From the IMG/VR virus record IMGVR_UViG_3300009499_000053: DNA of 64,000 nt; one strand, written 5' to 3'. The position numbers and the translations under genes are program-made. Shown here in pieces: positions 10,114 to 19,492 of this stretch (positions within the stretch are counted from its first letter, which is position 1; every line of letters begins with the position of its first letter). The notes beneath the pieces are model-generated. The model was not told the DNA's origin and searched no databases. It was given only the letters and a program-made list of their open reading frames with translations. The DNA is from a virus.

Positions 10114-11796
10114 TTACTCTTTCTTATACTTCTTGTAATACTTCCCATCCTTGTAGCGGTAGGGATAGTAGTTACCATTCAACTTGAAGTAGTAGTAGAC
10201 TCCGGACTTCTCTTCAGGGGTTTTATATCCTCTCTTCAAAGGTCCAAACTTCTCCTGATGAACCTCTTGCCAATGCTTAGCTAGTTCTTTCTCAGACTTA
10301 AACTTCTTCTTGCAAGCTGGACAAACAACTTCTCCATTAGGTTTTTCCTCAGGTTCCTCATCGGTTTTCTTTTTAATAGGAACACACTTTTCTGTCTTAA
10401 TGTCCCAGTTCTCCTTACCTGCGATACAACCATGTTTATCCTTCTCTGGTTCACCATAAGCATTCTCTGTTGGTTTCTTCAGGGCATTTGCAGCCTCAAT
10501 CTTAGTAGCAAAGTTTCCTATTAGCTTCCACTGACCAATACCTGTCTTACCAGTATCAACCATAGCCATGAAACGACCGTTCTTCATCTTAATAATCTTG
10601 GTGTTTCCCTTAGAGAGGTTAACTACCTGGCCAAGGACAGCAAGGATTGTCATGGTTTCATTGAATCCACCATACTTCTCTTTATGCTCACCTTCCCAAT
10701 GTGAAAGAAACTTATCCTCATCTTCGAATTGGGTATCACAGACTGGGCATGTAGCCTTCTGGCATTGCTCAGGGTTAGGAGCACCAGTTTGATTAGGCAT
10801 AAGTTTACCAGCTATAGATTCCTGATCGCCTTTCTCACGAGGGTGGGTGAACTCCTTAAGTATGGCCTCGAGGTCTGCCTTAAACTCTGCTAGATCTCCT
10901 TTGGATAATCGCTGAGGTTGATCGCCATAGTAGGCATGTCTTATCTTATAGGTTTCCTTAAGTATATCAAGCTCCTCCCTGGAGTTAAGCTCAACAACAC
11001 ACAGAAGAACCTTCTCATTTGCGTTCTTCTCGTTCTCCTTCCTCTTGTAAGGATACTTATTTTTACCTAAGTTTCCATAGAAATAAGAAACTACCTTTCT
11101 GTCAGTCTTTAGACTGGTTAAGGTTTCCTCATCAGGAAGCTCTAGAACAGCAAACAGTTTAGGAGCTACTAACTTAAGTTCCTCTTCCTCTATCTCAGAA
11201 AGGGACTCTATTTCTTCTTCAAGCTCGTGCATATTTTCCACTTCTAATATATTTGTCTCTTTAATCTCTTTTAAGTCTTTCCCCTTAGACAACATTGATA
11301 GTTGTTCCTTATGGAATATGAAACATCGGTCACATGCTGGGACACGAACTAGTGATAACTCAGAGAAGTTATAGTCTGAACCGATTCGTATTTGTTCATT
11401 AATGGCCTTCTTCTCCATCCAGGTAGAACAGGAAACAGCAGGCAGAACCTCCTTCTTGACTAGTCTCTTAGCCAAAGGATCAGTTACCTCTGCCTGGAAA
11501 ACAATTCCCTTTAGGGACTCCTCGTAGTATGAGGAGGTTACTGCACCTACATGACGACCCTCGAACTCTTTAGTCTTACCGTGTTCAACTAGGAGAGGTT
11601 TACCAATTAAGGACTTAGCTACTCTCTTAATCTCTTGTGCAGAATAGATGACATTCTTCCATACACCCTCGGTAAGAGCAACACCAGTAATAAGTACTGC
11701 ATTGTCCTTTTCACCTAAGATTTCATACGGAATATAGAGTATCTCTAGTTCCTTTGTAGAAGCAATATCCTCTATTTCTATACCTGTATTATCCAA
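10114..11796 (-). CDS. Prohead maturation protease fused to C2H2 Zn fingers
   Basis: N-terminal [38 protein letters not shown] resembles HK97/U35-type proteases; two CxxC-x12-H-x3-H fingers near the C-terminus. Confidence 0.75.
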   Translation of the reverse strand: MDNTGIEIEDIASTKELEILYIPYEILGEKDNAVLITGVALTEGVWKNVIYSAQEIKRVAKSLIGKPLLVEHGKTKEFEGRHVGAVTSSYYEESLKGIVFQAEVTDPLAKRLVKKEVLPAVSCSTWMEKKAINEQIRIGSDYNFSELSLVRVPACDRCFIFHKEQLSMLSKGKDLKEIKETNILEVENMHELEEEIESLSEIEEEELKLVAPKLFAVLELPDEETLTSLKTDRKVVSYFYGNLGKNKYPYKRKENEKNANEKVLLCVVELNSREELDILKETYKIRHAYYGDQPQRLSKGDLAEFKADLEAILKEFTHPREKGDQESIAGKLMPNQTGAPNPEQCQKATCPVCDTQFEDEDKFLSHWEGEHKEKYGGFNETMTILAVLGQVVNLSKGNTKIIKMKNGRFMAMVDTGKTGIGQWKLIGNFATKIEAANALKKPTENAYGEPEKDKHGCIAGKENWDIKTEKCVPIKKKTDEEPEEKPNGEVVCPACKKKFKSEKELAKHWQEVHQEKFGPLKRGYKTPEEKSGVYYYFKLNGNYYPYRYKDGKYYKKYKKE

Positions 11797-11854
11797 TTAG
11801 TTACTCACTATCCATGTCTTCTGTGATATACTGATACTATCTTTCTCAGATTAA

Positions 11855-11869
11855 TATTTAAGGCTTACC
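11855..11869 (-). promoter_or_regulatory. TATA promoter (CTTAAATA) for protease-capsid genes
   Basis: Reverse complement GTAAGCCTTAAATATTAAT in the gap upstream of 11796. Confidence 0.5.
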
Positions 11870-11873
11870 TTAC

Positions 11874-13700
11874 CTACTCAGTTTGAGGTGTCTTAGACCT
11901 CATGAATATCTCTGTTCCATTACTCTTTTTCCAGACAAAGTATCCCTTTAACTTACCATGAAGTTTCAAAGAGATAAATGTAGGACTCTTCTCAAGGATC
12001 TCAGCTTTACCTGCATCTATGGGATCAACAATCGTAGAGAGTGGTCCAACCTTAACAACCTTCTTCTTGTCAATCTCCATCCATGATGCCATCTTTTCAG
12101 GTGTTTGGTCCTTTCTCTTAACCTTGGTACTCTTAACTAGTAGTGGATCCTTATAGAGACTGAACTCTATACCATCACTAAGTCTAATGTCCCAGTGATA
12201 GACAAAGTCATTAAGATAGTGTTTAGGTGTTGGTCTCGTAGGAATCCAGTGTTTCTGTAGGACAAAGGATAGACCAGAGGATCTACTAAGTTTCTCAAAG
12301 GTATATGTCTTAGCCTTCTTCTCCTCTTGAACCAGTCTCCACTTACCCTTAAGTTTCTTTCCATTGAACTTGAGATCAATTATCTCAATACCTTTCTCTA
12401 CCTTTGACTCTATCGATACTGTTCCCCTATCCACAATCTTCATTGTAGCAGGGAGTTTCTTGTTAGGATTATACTTGGTACGAGGGGATATCTTACCCTC
12501 AAAGTCTAACCACTTCCTATCAACCCTTCCCTCCTCCTCAGCACTTGTAGGTCTGTAGTAGAGAGGGTCTCTTGGGAAGAAGAAAGAACGTACACCACCT
12601 ACTCCCTTATCATCTATTCTCAGGTACCATTCTCGTTTAGGTACTCCTCTAACTACAAACTGACCCATCCATGAGTTAAACTGGAGTGTAAACTTAGGAG
12701 TAGATAACTTCTCTCCTGCCTTCCTAGCCACAAAGGCACAGTATGCATTAGGATTCTTCTTGTCCTGGTTCTTTCTTACACAGTCAGCAAAGTTCTTATA
12801 CTCGGCGAAGGGTAGTGACTCAAAGGCTCTAACTAGGTATGCAGGGGCCCATGTGTCACAACCTGGTATATCAGGATTAGCTAGACACTCTGAGTTCTTA
12901 CAGGCTGTAAATCCTGCACAGGTTCTACAGGTCTTTACTTCCTTCTCAGGACCTGTCTTCCAATCCTCCCACTTCTTCATCTGATCTGGGAAGTTCTTAA
13001 GTGCCCATGCCTTGGGGAATGGATATGGATTACTCTTGGGAGGCTTATAATCTCTTTTCCTTGCTCGGGTAGAAATAGTGTAAGGTTCTTGTGTACCAGG
13101 AATGAGAACTCTCCACATGGTCTCACGTTTCTTTAGGGGTTTCTTAGTCTCAGGATCTAAGACAGGAACACCTACTCTCCTGACTACTATTCTAAACCAT
13201 TGTTCCTTAGGGAAGAAAGTCCCTGTACTTGATTTAACAAAATACTCATGGAAGTAAGGCTTCTGAACACCAAAGATACAGACGCCCCTTTCAAAGGCAT
13301 AGAGGACCCCAATATTCTCCCTTGTAGCTCCGGGATCTCCTGGTTTAGTAACTCCATGTACCTTCATCCACTGAATGGGTTGCCTAGCCTTAGTCTCTGC
13401 TCTTCTTCCCTTATTAGTACTTGTATGTCTAAATATGAATGGAACTGACGTTAGGGCCTTCTTAGCCTCTGCTACTGAATCTACCTCTGGAGTTCCCTTA
13501 GGATTATCTAGGACTGTCCATCCCACTAGGAAACCATTAGCCTTCATTCTCCAGTCTACGTGTACTGATCTTCCTCTCCAATGGTGTTGCATGACAAAGG
13601 GGTGTTCACCTGTAGGCATCTCTTGATAAGGAGCTAGAGCTAACTCTACAATATCCTTAGGAAAACTTAGGTAATTTATCATATCTCTTGTTATTTTCAT
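11874..13700 (-). CDS. Protein with three LigD-type 3'-phosphoesterase (PE)-like domains
   Basis: FVMQHHWRGRSVHVDWRM and FVLQKHW..YHWDIRL match PE motif FVVQxH..HYDFRL; D.G....I.LK(F/L).G.KLKG tails; the middle copy lacks the His/Asp ligands. Confidence 0.75.
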   Translation of the reverse strand: MKITRDMINYLSFPKDIVELALAPYQEMPTGEHPFVMQHHWRGRSVHVDWRMKANGFLVGWTVLDNPKGTPEVDSVAEAKKALTSVPFIFRHTSTNKGRRAETKARQPIQWMKVHGVTKPGDPGATRENIGVLYAFERGVCIFGVQKPYFHEYFVKSSTGTFFPKEQWFRIVVRRVGVPVLDPETKKPLKKRETMWRVLIPGTQEPYTISTRARKRDYKPPKSNPYPFPKAWALKNFPDQMKKWEDWKTGPEKEVKTCRTCAGFTACKNSECLANPDIPGCDTWAPAYLVRAFESLPFAEYKNFADCVRKNQDKKNPNAYCAFVARKAGEKLSTPKFTLQFNSWMGQFVVRGVPKREWYLRIDDKGVGGVRSFFFPRDPLYYRPTSAEEEGRVDRKWLDFEGKISPRTKYNPNKKLPATMKIVDRGTVSIESKVEKGIEIIDLKFNGKKLKGKWRLVQEEKKAKTYTFEKLSRSSGLSFVLQKHWIPTRPTPKHYLNDFVYHWDIRLSDGIEFSLYKDPLLVKSTKVKRKDQTPEKMASWMEIDKKKVVKVGPLSTIVDPIDAGKAEILEKSPTFISLKLHGKLKGYFVWKKSNGTEIFMRSKTPQTE

Positions 13701-16159
13701 TGGTCCTCCCCCATTTCCTTAATATCCTCTTCCTTTGGTTCATCCCTAGGTCTTAGTTCATAGTAGTAGTCCTTCACAAAGTGACACTTAAACCTATTAG
13801 CAAGTTTACACTTGATAGGATACTTTAAGACCTGTTCCATAGCTGACGTCTTCTCCTTAGGAACATAGAACCTCTCCCTTAGTGAACAGACCTTAGTGTC
13901 ATTCCAGTAAGCACACTCTGGAAGCTTAATCACCTTAGCTAGGTTCTCAGAAAGTGGTGCAGTTCCAGCCTTGACTATCTTTCTAACTGTATCTAGGGTG
14001 TCAGGTTCCTTCTTAGTGGCATGCTTAGCTTCGAATAGTGGAAACATCCAACTCCACCATATCTTTCCTGTCTTAGGGTGTTTGTTCTCTACTATCTGTA
14101 CAGGTCTTACAGTGATAATGTCTCCTCTGGCTGCTCTTTCCTTAGTACCATAGACTCTACCAATCTTAGCATAACACTTTCCCTTGTGATCTATTACCTG
14201 GTTCTTTCTGATCTTATCTCTCATTCCGCAGGGTACCTTGAATACTGGGTAGTAGATCCATTGGTTAAGCTTCTTACCTGCCTTGGTCTGTTTCTGTATC
14301 TCATCCCAGACCATTACATCGATCTCTTTAAGGTTCTTTAACTTAGCCCATTCAGAAGTTCTTCCAGTAGTCTTATAGACTGAGTCCTTAACCTTTACAA
14401 CTACTCCCTCAGAACCAGGAACCTTTCTCTCCTTCTGTACTGCCCTAAAGAATGCACGTACTGAATTTGCAGGTATACTGTCTATCCTTCTCCAGTGTTT
14501 CATACCACTAGGGATGCACTTGTTAATGGTATTCCATCTTTCAACATAGCCCTTGTCATGGATATCCTCACCATTATAATAGAGACAGTCATGAATATGG
14601 AAGACTATTCCCTCATCATCCAGAACCTTCTTTGTTGCTGTTACCCAAGCAATCATCTTCTCCCTCTTAAGTTGATCACAGACCTGTTCCATATCACTTA
14701 CGGTTTTACCACGACAGTTGTACTCAACCATCTCTGCATCTAGGACACAGTCCTTGGCCTTCATCTTAGATAATAGTTCCTTTACAGACTTCTTGAATAC
14801 ATGAGCTCTATCTCTCTGCTTATCCTCCGTTATAATCTTAACTGTGTCACCTTCAATATGAACTTGGAATCTCATACCATCGTACTTCTTCTGTACAACT
14901 AGGCCCCTGTCAATATACCTGGAAGCCCACTTGTCCCAGAACTCCTGTACATCAAAGAATTCATGTTTGTGGAAACCTGACTTAGGTTTTAATTGTCTAA
15001 ATGGTCTCATTATTTTTATCCATCCTTTTAAATGCTCATAGGGGGAAGTCCTCTTCATCTCTTCAATAGATACTTTCTTAAAAGCTAATCTGTAGAGAGG
15101 GACAGAATAACCGATCTGAGGACCTTCTTTATCCCAGACAAAATGCAGTCTTCTACCGAGGTCTTTGTTACTTTCAGAAATATCATCCACAAAGGATGAA
15201 ACTATTCCCTTATCAGAGTGACCTTGTTTGAACAAAATGTCTACATCGTGCCCTTTAGGGCTATTGCCTTGGTTGACTATCCTGCCACATAAGTGGACGT
15301 GTATTGGGTTATCGTCTAGAACAATTAAGTCCGGGAAGGAAGAGAGTGCATTTCCCAGGTCAAGTTTTGCACCTAGGTCATCTTTAAGAATGATTGGTAT
15401 TGTCTCGGTAGCTCCCTCTGGTTTAGGATACTCGACTACTTCGAGACGAGTCTCCTTATCTAATTTATCTCCTATAAGTCTGAATTTAACATTTCTCTTC
15501 TTCAGTTCTTTCCATACAAAGACATGAGCGTTGTGAAGAGGTTCTGTAATTCTCCTAAGTTTATTGTGGTAGATCCAGTGTAGTCTCTTATAGGCTACTT
15601 TGAGTTGTTTATCACTTAGACCTTCTACGTATAGGTTATCTACCTGTTCTAAGTCCTGTACTCTGATCTTAGAGGGTGTGATACTTAGGTTGGACATTGA
15701 CAGTGGAGTTCTGTGTTTCCATCCAAGCTTACTAAAAACATCGATAATCTTCTTGTGAAGTTCCTTAATGATCTTCTTCTGTTCAACTAAGGAATAGTCT
15801 TTGAATTGGGAAGACTTCATTGCATTACCTTTTCTTAGTCTATTCCACCAGGTATGAACTATCCGGTGATCATCTGCTAAGATTCTCTTCCCCTCAGCAG
15901 TCTTAACAAGTTTAACAGCGTTATATTTCTTCCAGTTACCAATTAGCTCCTCCTTACTTAGGCTACTTATTGGTAGGATCTTCTTCCAACCCTTCCATTC
16001 CTTGGGATGTTTAGATTCAAGGTGAGCTATAAGGATCTTAATAGAGTCAAAGATCTTACTACAGAAAGGGCACTGCTTTTCCATTATCTTTCCCACTATT
16101 ACTTTAGTCTGCGCTGGAAGATTTTCTGTGGTAAACTGTAACTTTTCCATTCTTACCAT
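13697..16159 (-). CDS. lig: Multidomain ATP-dependent DNA ligase
   Basis: Motifs QKKYDGMR (I), LDAEMV (III), FHIHDCLY (IIIa), EGVVVK (IV), WAKLK (V) plus OB domain; about 380 aa N-terminal extension. Confidence 0.9.
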   Translation of the reverse strand: MVRMEKLQFTTENLPAQTKVIVGKIMEKQCPFCSKIFDSIKILIAHLESKHPKEWKGWKKILPISSLSKEELIGNWKKYNAVKLVKTAEGKRILADDHRIVHTWWNRLRKGNAMKSSQFKDYSLVEQKKIIKELHKKIIDVFSKLGWKHRTPLSMSNLSITPSKIRVQDLEQVDNLYVEGLSDKQLKVAYKRLHWIYHNKLRRITEPLHNAHVFVWKELKKRNVKFRLIGDKLDKETRLEVVEYPKPEGATETIPIILKDDLGAKLDLGNALSSFPDLIVLDDNPIHVHLCGRIVNQGNSPKGHDVDILFKQGHSDKGIVSSFVDDISESNKDLGRRLHFVWDKEGPQIGYSVPLYRLAFKKVSIEEMKRTSPYEHLKGWIKIMRPFRQLKPKSGFHKHEFFDVQEFWDKWASRYIDRGLVVQKKYDGMRFQVHIEGDTVKIITEDKQRDRAHVFKKSVKELLSKMKAKDCVLDAEMVEYNCRGKTVSDMEQVCDQLKREKMIAWVTATKKVLDDEGIVFHIHDCLYYNGEDIHDKGYVERWNTINKCIPSGMKHWRRIDSIPANSVRAFFRAVQKERKVPGSEGVVVKVKDSVYKTTGRTSEWAKLKNLKEIDVMVWDEIQKQTKAGKKLNQWIYYPVFKVPCGMRDKIRKNQVIDHKGKCYAKIGRVYGTKERAARGDIITVRPVQIVENKHPKTGKIWWSWMFPLFEAKHATKKEPDTLDTVRKIVKAGTAPLSENLAKVIKLPECAYWNDTKVCSLRERFYVPKEKTSAMEQVLKYPIKCKLANRFKCHFVKDYYYELRPRDEPKEEDIKEMGEDQ

Positions 16160-16165
16160 CCCTAC

Positions 16166-16486
16166 TTAGGATACATATGTACTTGACTTCTTAGTTTGAG
16201 GTTTCTTTGCTAGGACAGCCTTGGACATCTTAATATCTAGGTCTGTGAATGAGATAGCTAGACTCCTAAATGTATCAAATACCTCTTTAAGTTCGACCTC
16301 TGATAATTGATCTAGAACAGCAGGATTCTTAAGCCAAACTGCCCAACCAGATAGTGATCTGAGAATAGCCAGATGAAGTATCAGAATTGAGGAACAGGTT
16401 TTTAGTCGATCATCTGTCCTAAGTTTCATAAGTCTCTTCTTTGAGGCTTCTAAATCCTTTATCCATTTCTTTAATTGACTCGACAT
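16166..16486 (-). CDS. DUF2153-like archaeal protein
   Basis: DRL...SLSGWAVWLKNPAVLDQLSEVELKE...F..LD pattern recalled for DUF2153. Confidence 0.6.
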   Translation of the reverse strand: MSSQLKKWIKDLEASKKRLMKLRTDDRLKTCSSILILHLAILRSLSGWAVWLKNPAVLDQLSEVELKEVFDTFRSLAISFTDLDIKMSKAVLAKKPQTKKSSTYVS

Positions 16487-16490
16487 TCTA

Positions 16491-16811
16491 TCACCTTGGT
16501 AAGTCCTTTAGGATCTTAACGTAGATATTAGGGGCAGTAAGTATCTTACCAGACTGCCATCGTATCTCAAGTTCAGCATGATATTCTCCATTAACGTTCT
16601 GGAGTTCACTAGCAATTAGAACCTGACAGATACCAGAGGCTCCTGTGACTACATAACCTGGTTTATCGAGGCCAAGGGTAGATAGACCATACTTCTGCAT
16701 CTTAAATCCGATACTACAACCAGTAATATCCACTATATCCCCATCTGCATCCCTTACTTCAAACTCAAGAATGTAGTTTACATCCCCTCGAACTAATGTT
16801 AGAGTTGGCAA
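16491..16811 (-). CDS. BppU N-terminal-like virion protein
   Basis: RGDVNYILEFEVRDADGDIVDITG..F.M and GEYHAELEIRW..GKILTAP. Confidence 0.65.
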   Translation of the reverse strand: MPTLTLVRGDVNYILEFEVRDADGDIVDITGCSIGFKMQKYGLSTLGLDKPGYVVTGASGICQVLIASELQNVNGEYHAELEIRWQSGKILTAPNIYVKILKDLPR

Positions 16812-16863
16812 TACAATTTCCTCTCTATCTTACAGAGGGACTTGAAAATATAAAAGGGTTTGC

Positions 16864-17043
16864 CTAACACTTCTCAATCCTTTCCTTTAGGTATGCTATC
16901 GTTTTCCGTCTAGGAAGACGAACTGTTCTACTTAATGTACCAATGAAGACTGTAATCAAATGAAGGATTGGGAACTTTACTGTTTTTGTTATTTCCCCTT
17001 CTAAGACTAAGTTTTCTAGGAGGGTCTTCTCATAAAGGGTCAA
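16864..17043 (-). CDS. Small protein (59 aa) with one L.E.L repeat unit (not in track)
   Basis: TTG start after GGAGG; MTLYEKTLLENLVLEGEITKTVKF...; resembles the C-termini of the neighbouring fibre proteins. Confidence 0.5.
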   Translation of the reverse strand: MTLYEKTLLENLVLEGEITKTVKFPILHLITVFIGTLSRTVRLPRRKTIAYLKERIEKC

Positions 17044-17044
17044 A

Positions 17045-19492
17045 TTAAGTACCTCCTCTTCTCCTTACTCGTATCTTATACCTAACCTTCTTGACTAGAT
17101 TGACTACAACCTTGTACCCAACGTCTAGGAGAGATTCACAATGTCGATAGGTTAGACTAGGACTAAACTGTAGGGTTTCATATAAGGAGAGTAGTATGAG
17201 TGGAATAATATACTCTCCTATGAGGGCAAGATCAGAAGTTAAGGTCACTTCTCTGGTTCTATCTGAGGGACCATCAGACCATTTAGACCAGTCATAGGTT
17301 GCATCTACTGTGGCTGGCATAACAACATCAATTGTTTCTCCAGTAAGAATGTCTGACTGAGTCCAGGGAGTAGAACGGGAGACTCCATCCCATGTGAAAG
17401 TTATCTTATCGATTTCTAGGACTTTACATCTGATTGTTCTTGGGCTATTTCCACCCATAACCATGACCATGACCTTATTGTCTATTACTCGTCTTGACAC
17501 AGATAGGCAGCCATCTGAACCCTCTGTGGGGTCATATCCAATGCCTATATCTGACATGTTAAGGAAGTCTGTCCATTCACTGTCCCAGACCCAATTGATA
17601 CGCTTGAGCATGTAGATATGGTCATCATCTTCGGCACAGAAGACGTATAAGTTACCAGTGTCGTAGTCTATTGACATTGATGGGGTTGAGAAATCATGTG
17701 CAGCCTTTAATACGGTTTCATCCATCCATGTTCCAGAATTTCTGTCTCTCCTAACGTAGACTATGTTATTATCTTCATCAGAGAAAACAATGTGTATGTC
17801 ATCTCTCGCATCTACAACGGCTGATACTGCCCATGATTCCAATGCATCACCATTATATGTGGTTAAATAGTTTCGAGCACTAAGGGTTTCAACAGCACCC
17901 CAACTATCTCCTGATTGAGTATAGAATCGTCCTTTGGGTGTAGCTCCACCTCTAAGTATGAAGAGATACATATTTCTGTTTGCCAGTGCAATGAAGTATG
18001 GTACTCTATAATTATTGGAAGTTATGACTTTTGGATAGCCAGCTAGGTCTAGCCACGTCCCATCATTGTTTTGGGAACCATTAACATAGATTTCCATATC
18101 AAGATATCCACCACCACTAGTTGCAAAGCACCAAGCAACCCATGGGTAGCCACTTGAATCTACAGCTCCAGAGTGGTCTGCAACTGTTGAGGGGAAAGAG
18201 GCAGTATAACAAGTTTGTAGAACAGCATCCCAAGTTATTGTTCCATCGGATTCAGGTGTTCCTTTACGATACTTTAATAGTGGAGTGTTCTTTGTGAACA
18301 TATGAACTTTACTTCCATCAAACCAGATATGGGCAGCTTCTCCATACCTGTATATAGTAGTTTGTATTTCGGTTTCATCTGACCAAGTTAATCCATCTGA
18401 ACTTGTTCTATAATAGAATCTATTAGTTGACTTCACATAGAAAGCCCAGAATAATCCGTTGTGAATGAATGATTTTCTGAGGTATCTGATTCCCATTTCT
18501 GTGCTTCCATATGTAAGTTCACTTGGCGAATAAGTGTCAGGAACATCTGCACCAATTTCTAACTGGTATCTGGATGTGTCAGTTTCTTGCCAGCCTTCAG
18601 CAAAGTGGAGTTGTGATAATTCATAGGCACATCCACGGTAGTCACATGCTACATTAACTCTACAAAAGCCTATGCCTCGCTGTGTTCCATAAGAGAAACC
18701 ACTTCCGCCAGAGGGTCCAATACCCTCATTGTAGGCTGCTGGATACAAACTGATGAAGGCAAAGTCAACATTGTTAGTATCGAACTTTCCTGTCAAGCTT
18801 ACATCTTGCCAGATTTTAGGTGCAGGTAGGGTTGTCTGAATCTTGTTTGTGAGGAAATGTATTGGTGCAACGAAGTAACCCATTAGATATATTGTCGAGT
18901 TTGACCTATACAGCTCAACTTTCCTGTCCCCATCAACTCCACAGGCAAGCCATTTCGTTGAGCGATGAACAGTTGCGTAGTATCCATTGGTGCTTCCGTT
19001 CTCTCGTGCACCATTACTTTGGACAGATGCTAAATTGTTTACAATGTAGAAATATGCCCCTGTTGCCCCTACTGGTATGTAGGCACTTAAGTCAGTTTCA
19101 ACCCAGCCACTACTAACAGGAGTCACATCAACTCTCGTAGTAAGATAATGGATTGAGCCGTCAGCCCAACCTGAAAGTGCTACGGTGATATTAGCATTTG
19201 ACCGTCTTATATCAAATTGTTTACTAGAATCAAGCTTTACAATAATGAATTTTTGATGGGTTTGGTAGACCCTTGGAGCGTGACCTGTATCTGGTTCATC
19301 ATTATACCCACTTCCTGTTGGACGGACATTAAAGTAGTACTGAGCACTTGCTGTATTCTTTATGTATAGAAGAGCATACTCTGCCTGTGGGGGAACATAG
19401 TCAGAAATATCTACAGTCTGCCATGTATCATCTACTGCTCCACAAAGAGAAGCAATATTAATGTAATGTTGGAATCCATGAATAGCACCCAT
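17045..19492 (-). CDS. Fibre/receptor-binding protein: three N-terminal beta repeats plus Asp-box beta-propeller
   Basis: Repeats WQTVDISDYVP / WVETDLSAYIP / WQDVSLTGKF; SSDGLTW Asp-box; start reassigned to ATG 19492 (TAATG coupling). Confidence 0.65.
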   Translation of the reverse strand: MGAIHGFQHYINIASLCGAVDDTWQTVDISDYVPPQAEYALLYIKNTASAQYYFNVRPTGSGYNDEPDTGHAPRVYQTHQKFIIVKLDSSKQFDIRRSNANITVALSGWADGSIHYLTTRVDVTPVSSGWVETDLSAYIPVGATGAYFYIVNNLASVQSNGARENGSTNGYYATVHRSTKWLACGVDGDRKVELYRSNSTIYLMGYFVAPIHFLTNKIQTTLPAPKIWQDVSLTGKFDTNNVDFAFISLYPAAYNEGIGPSGGSGFSYGTQRGIGFCRVNVACDYRGCAYELSQLHFAEGWQETDTSRYQLEIGADVPDTYSPSELTYGSTEMGIRYLRKSFIHNGLFWAFYVKSTNRFYYRTSSDGLTWSDETEIQTTIYRYGEAAHIWFDGSKVHMFTKNTPLLKYRKGTPESDGTITWDAVLQTCYTASFPSTVADHSGAVDSSGYPWVAWCFATSGGGYLDMEIYVNGSQNNDGTWLDLAGYPKVITSNNYRVPYFIALANRNMYLFILRGGATPKGRFYTQSGDSWGAVETLSARNYLTTYNGDALESWAVSAVVDARDDIHIVFSDEDNNIVYVRRDRNSGTWMDETVLKAAHDFSTPSMSIDYDTGNLYVFCAEDDDHIYMLKRINWVWDSEWTDFLNMSDIGIGYDPTEGSDGCLSVSRRVIDNKVMVMVMGGNSPRTIRCKVLEIDKITFTWDGVSRSTPWTQSDILTGETIDVVMPATVDATYDWSKWSDGPSDRTREVTLTSDLALIGEYIIPLILLSLYETLQFSPSLTYRHCESLLDVGYKVVVNLVKKVRYKIRVRRRGGT

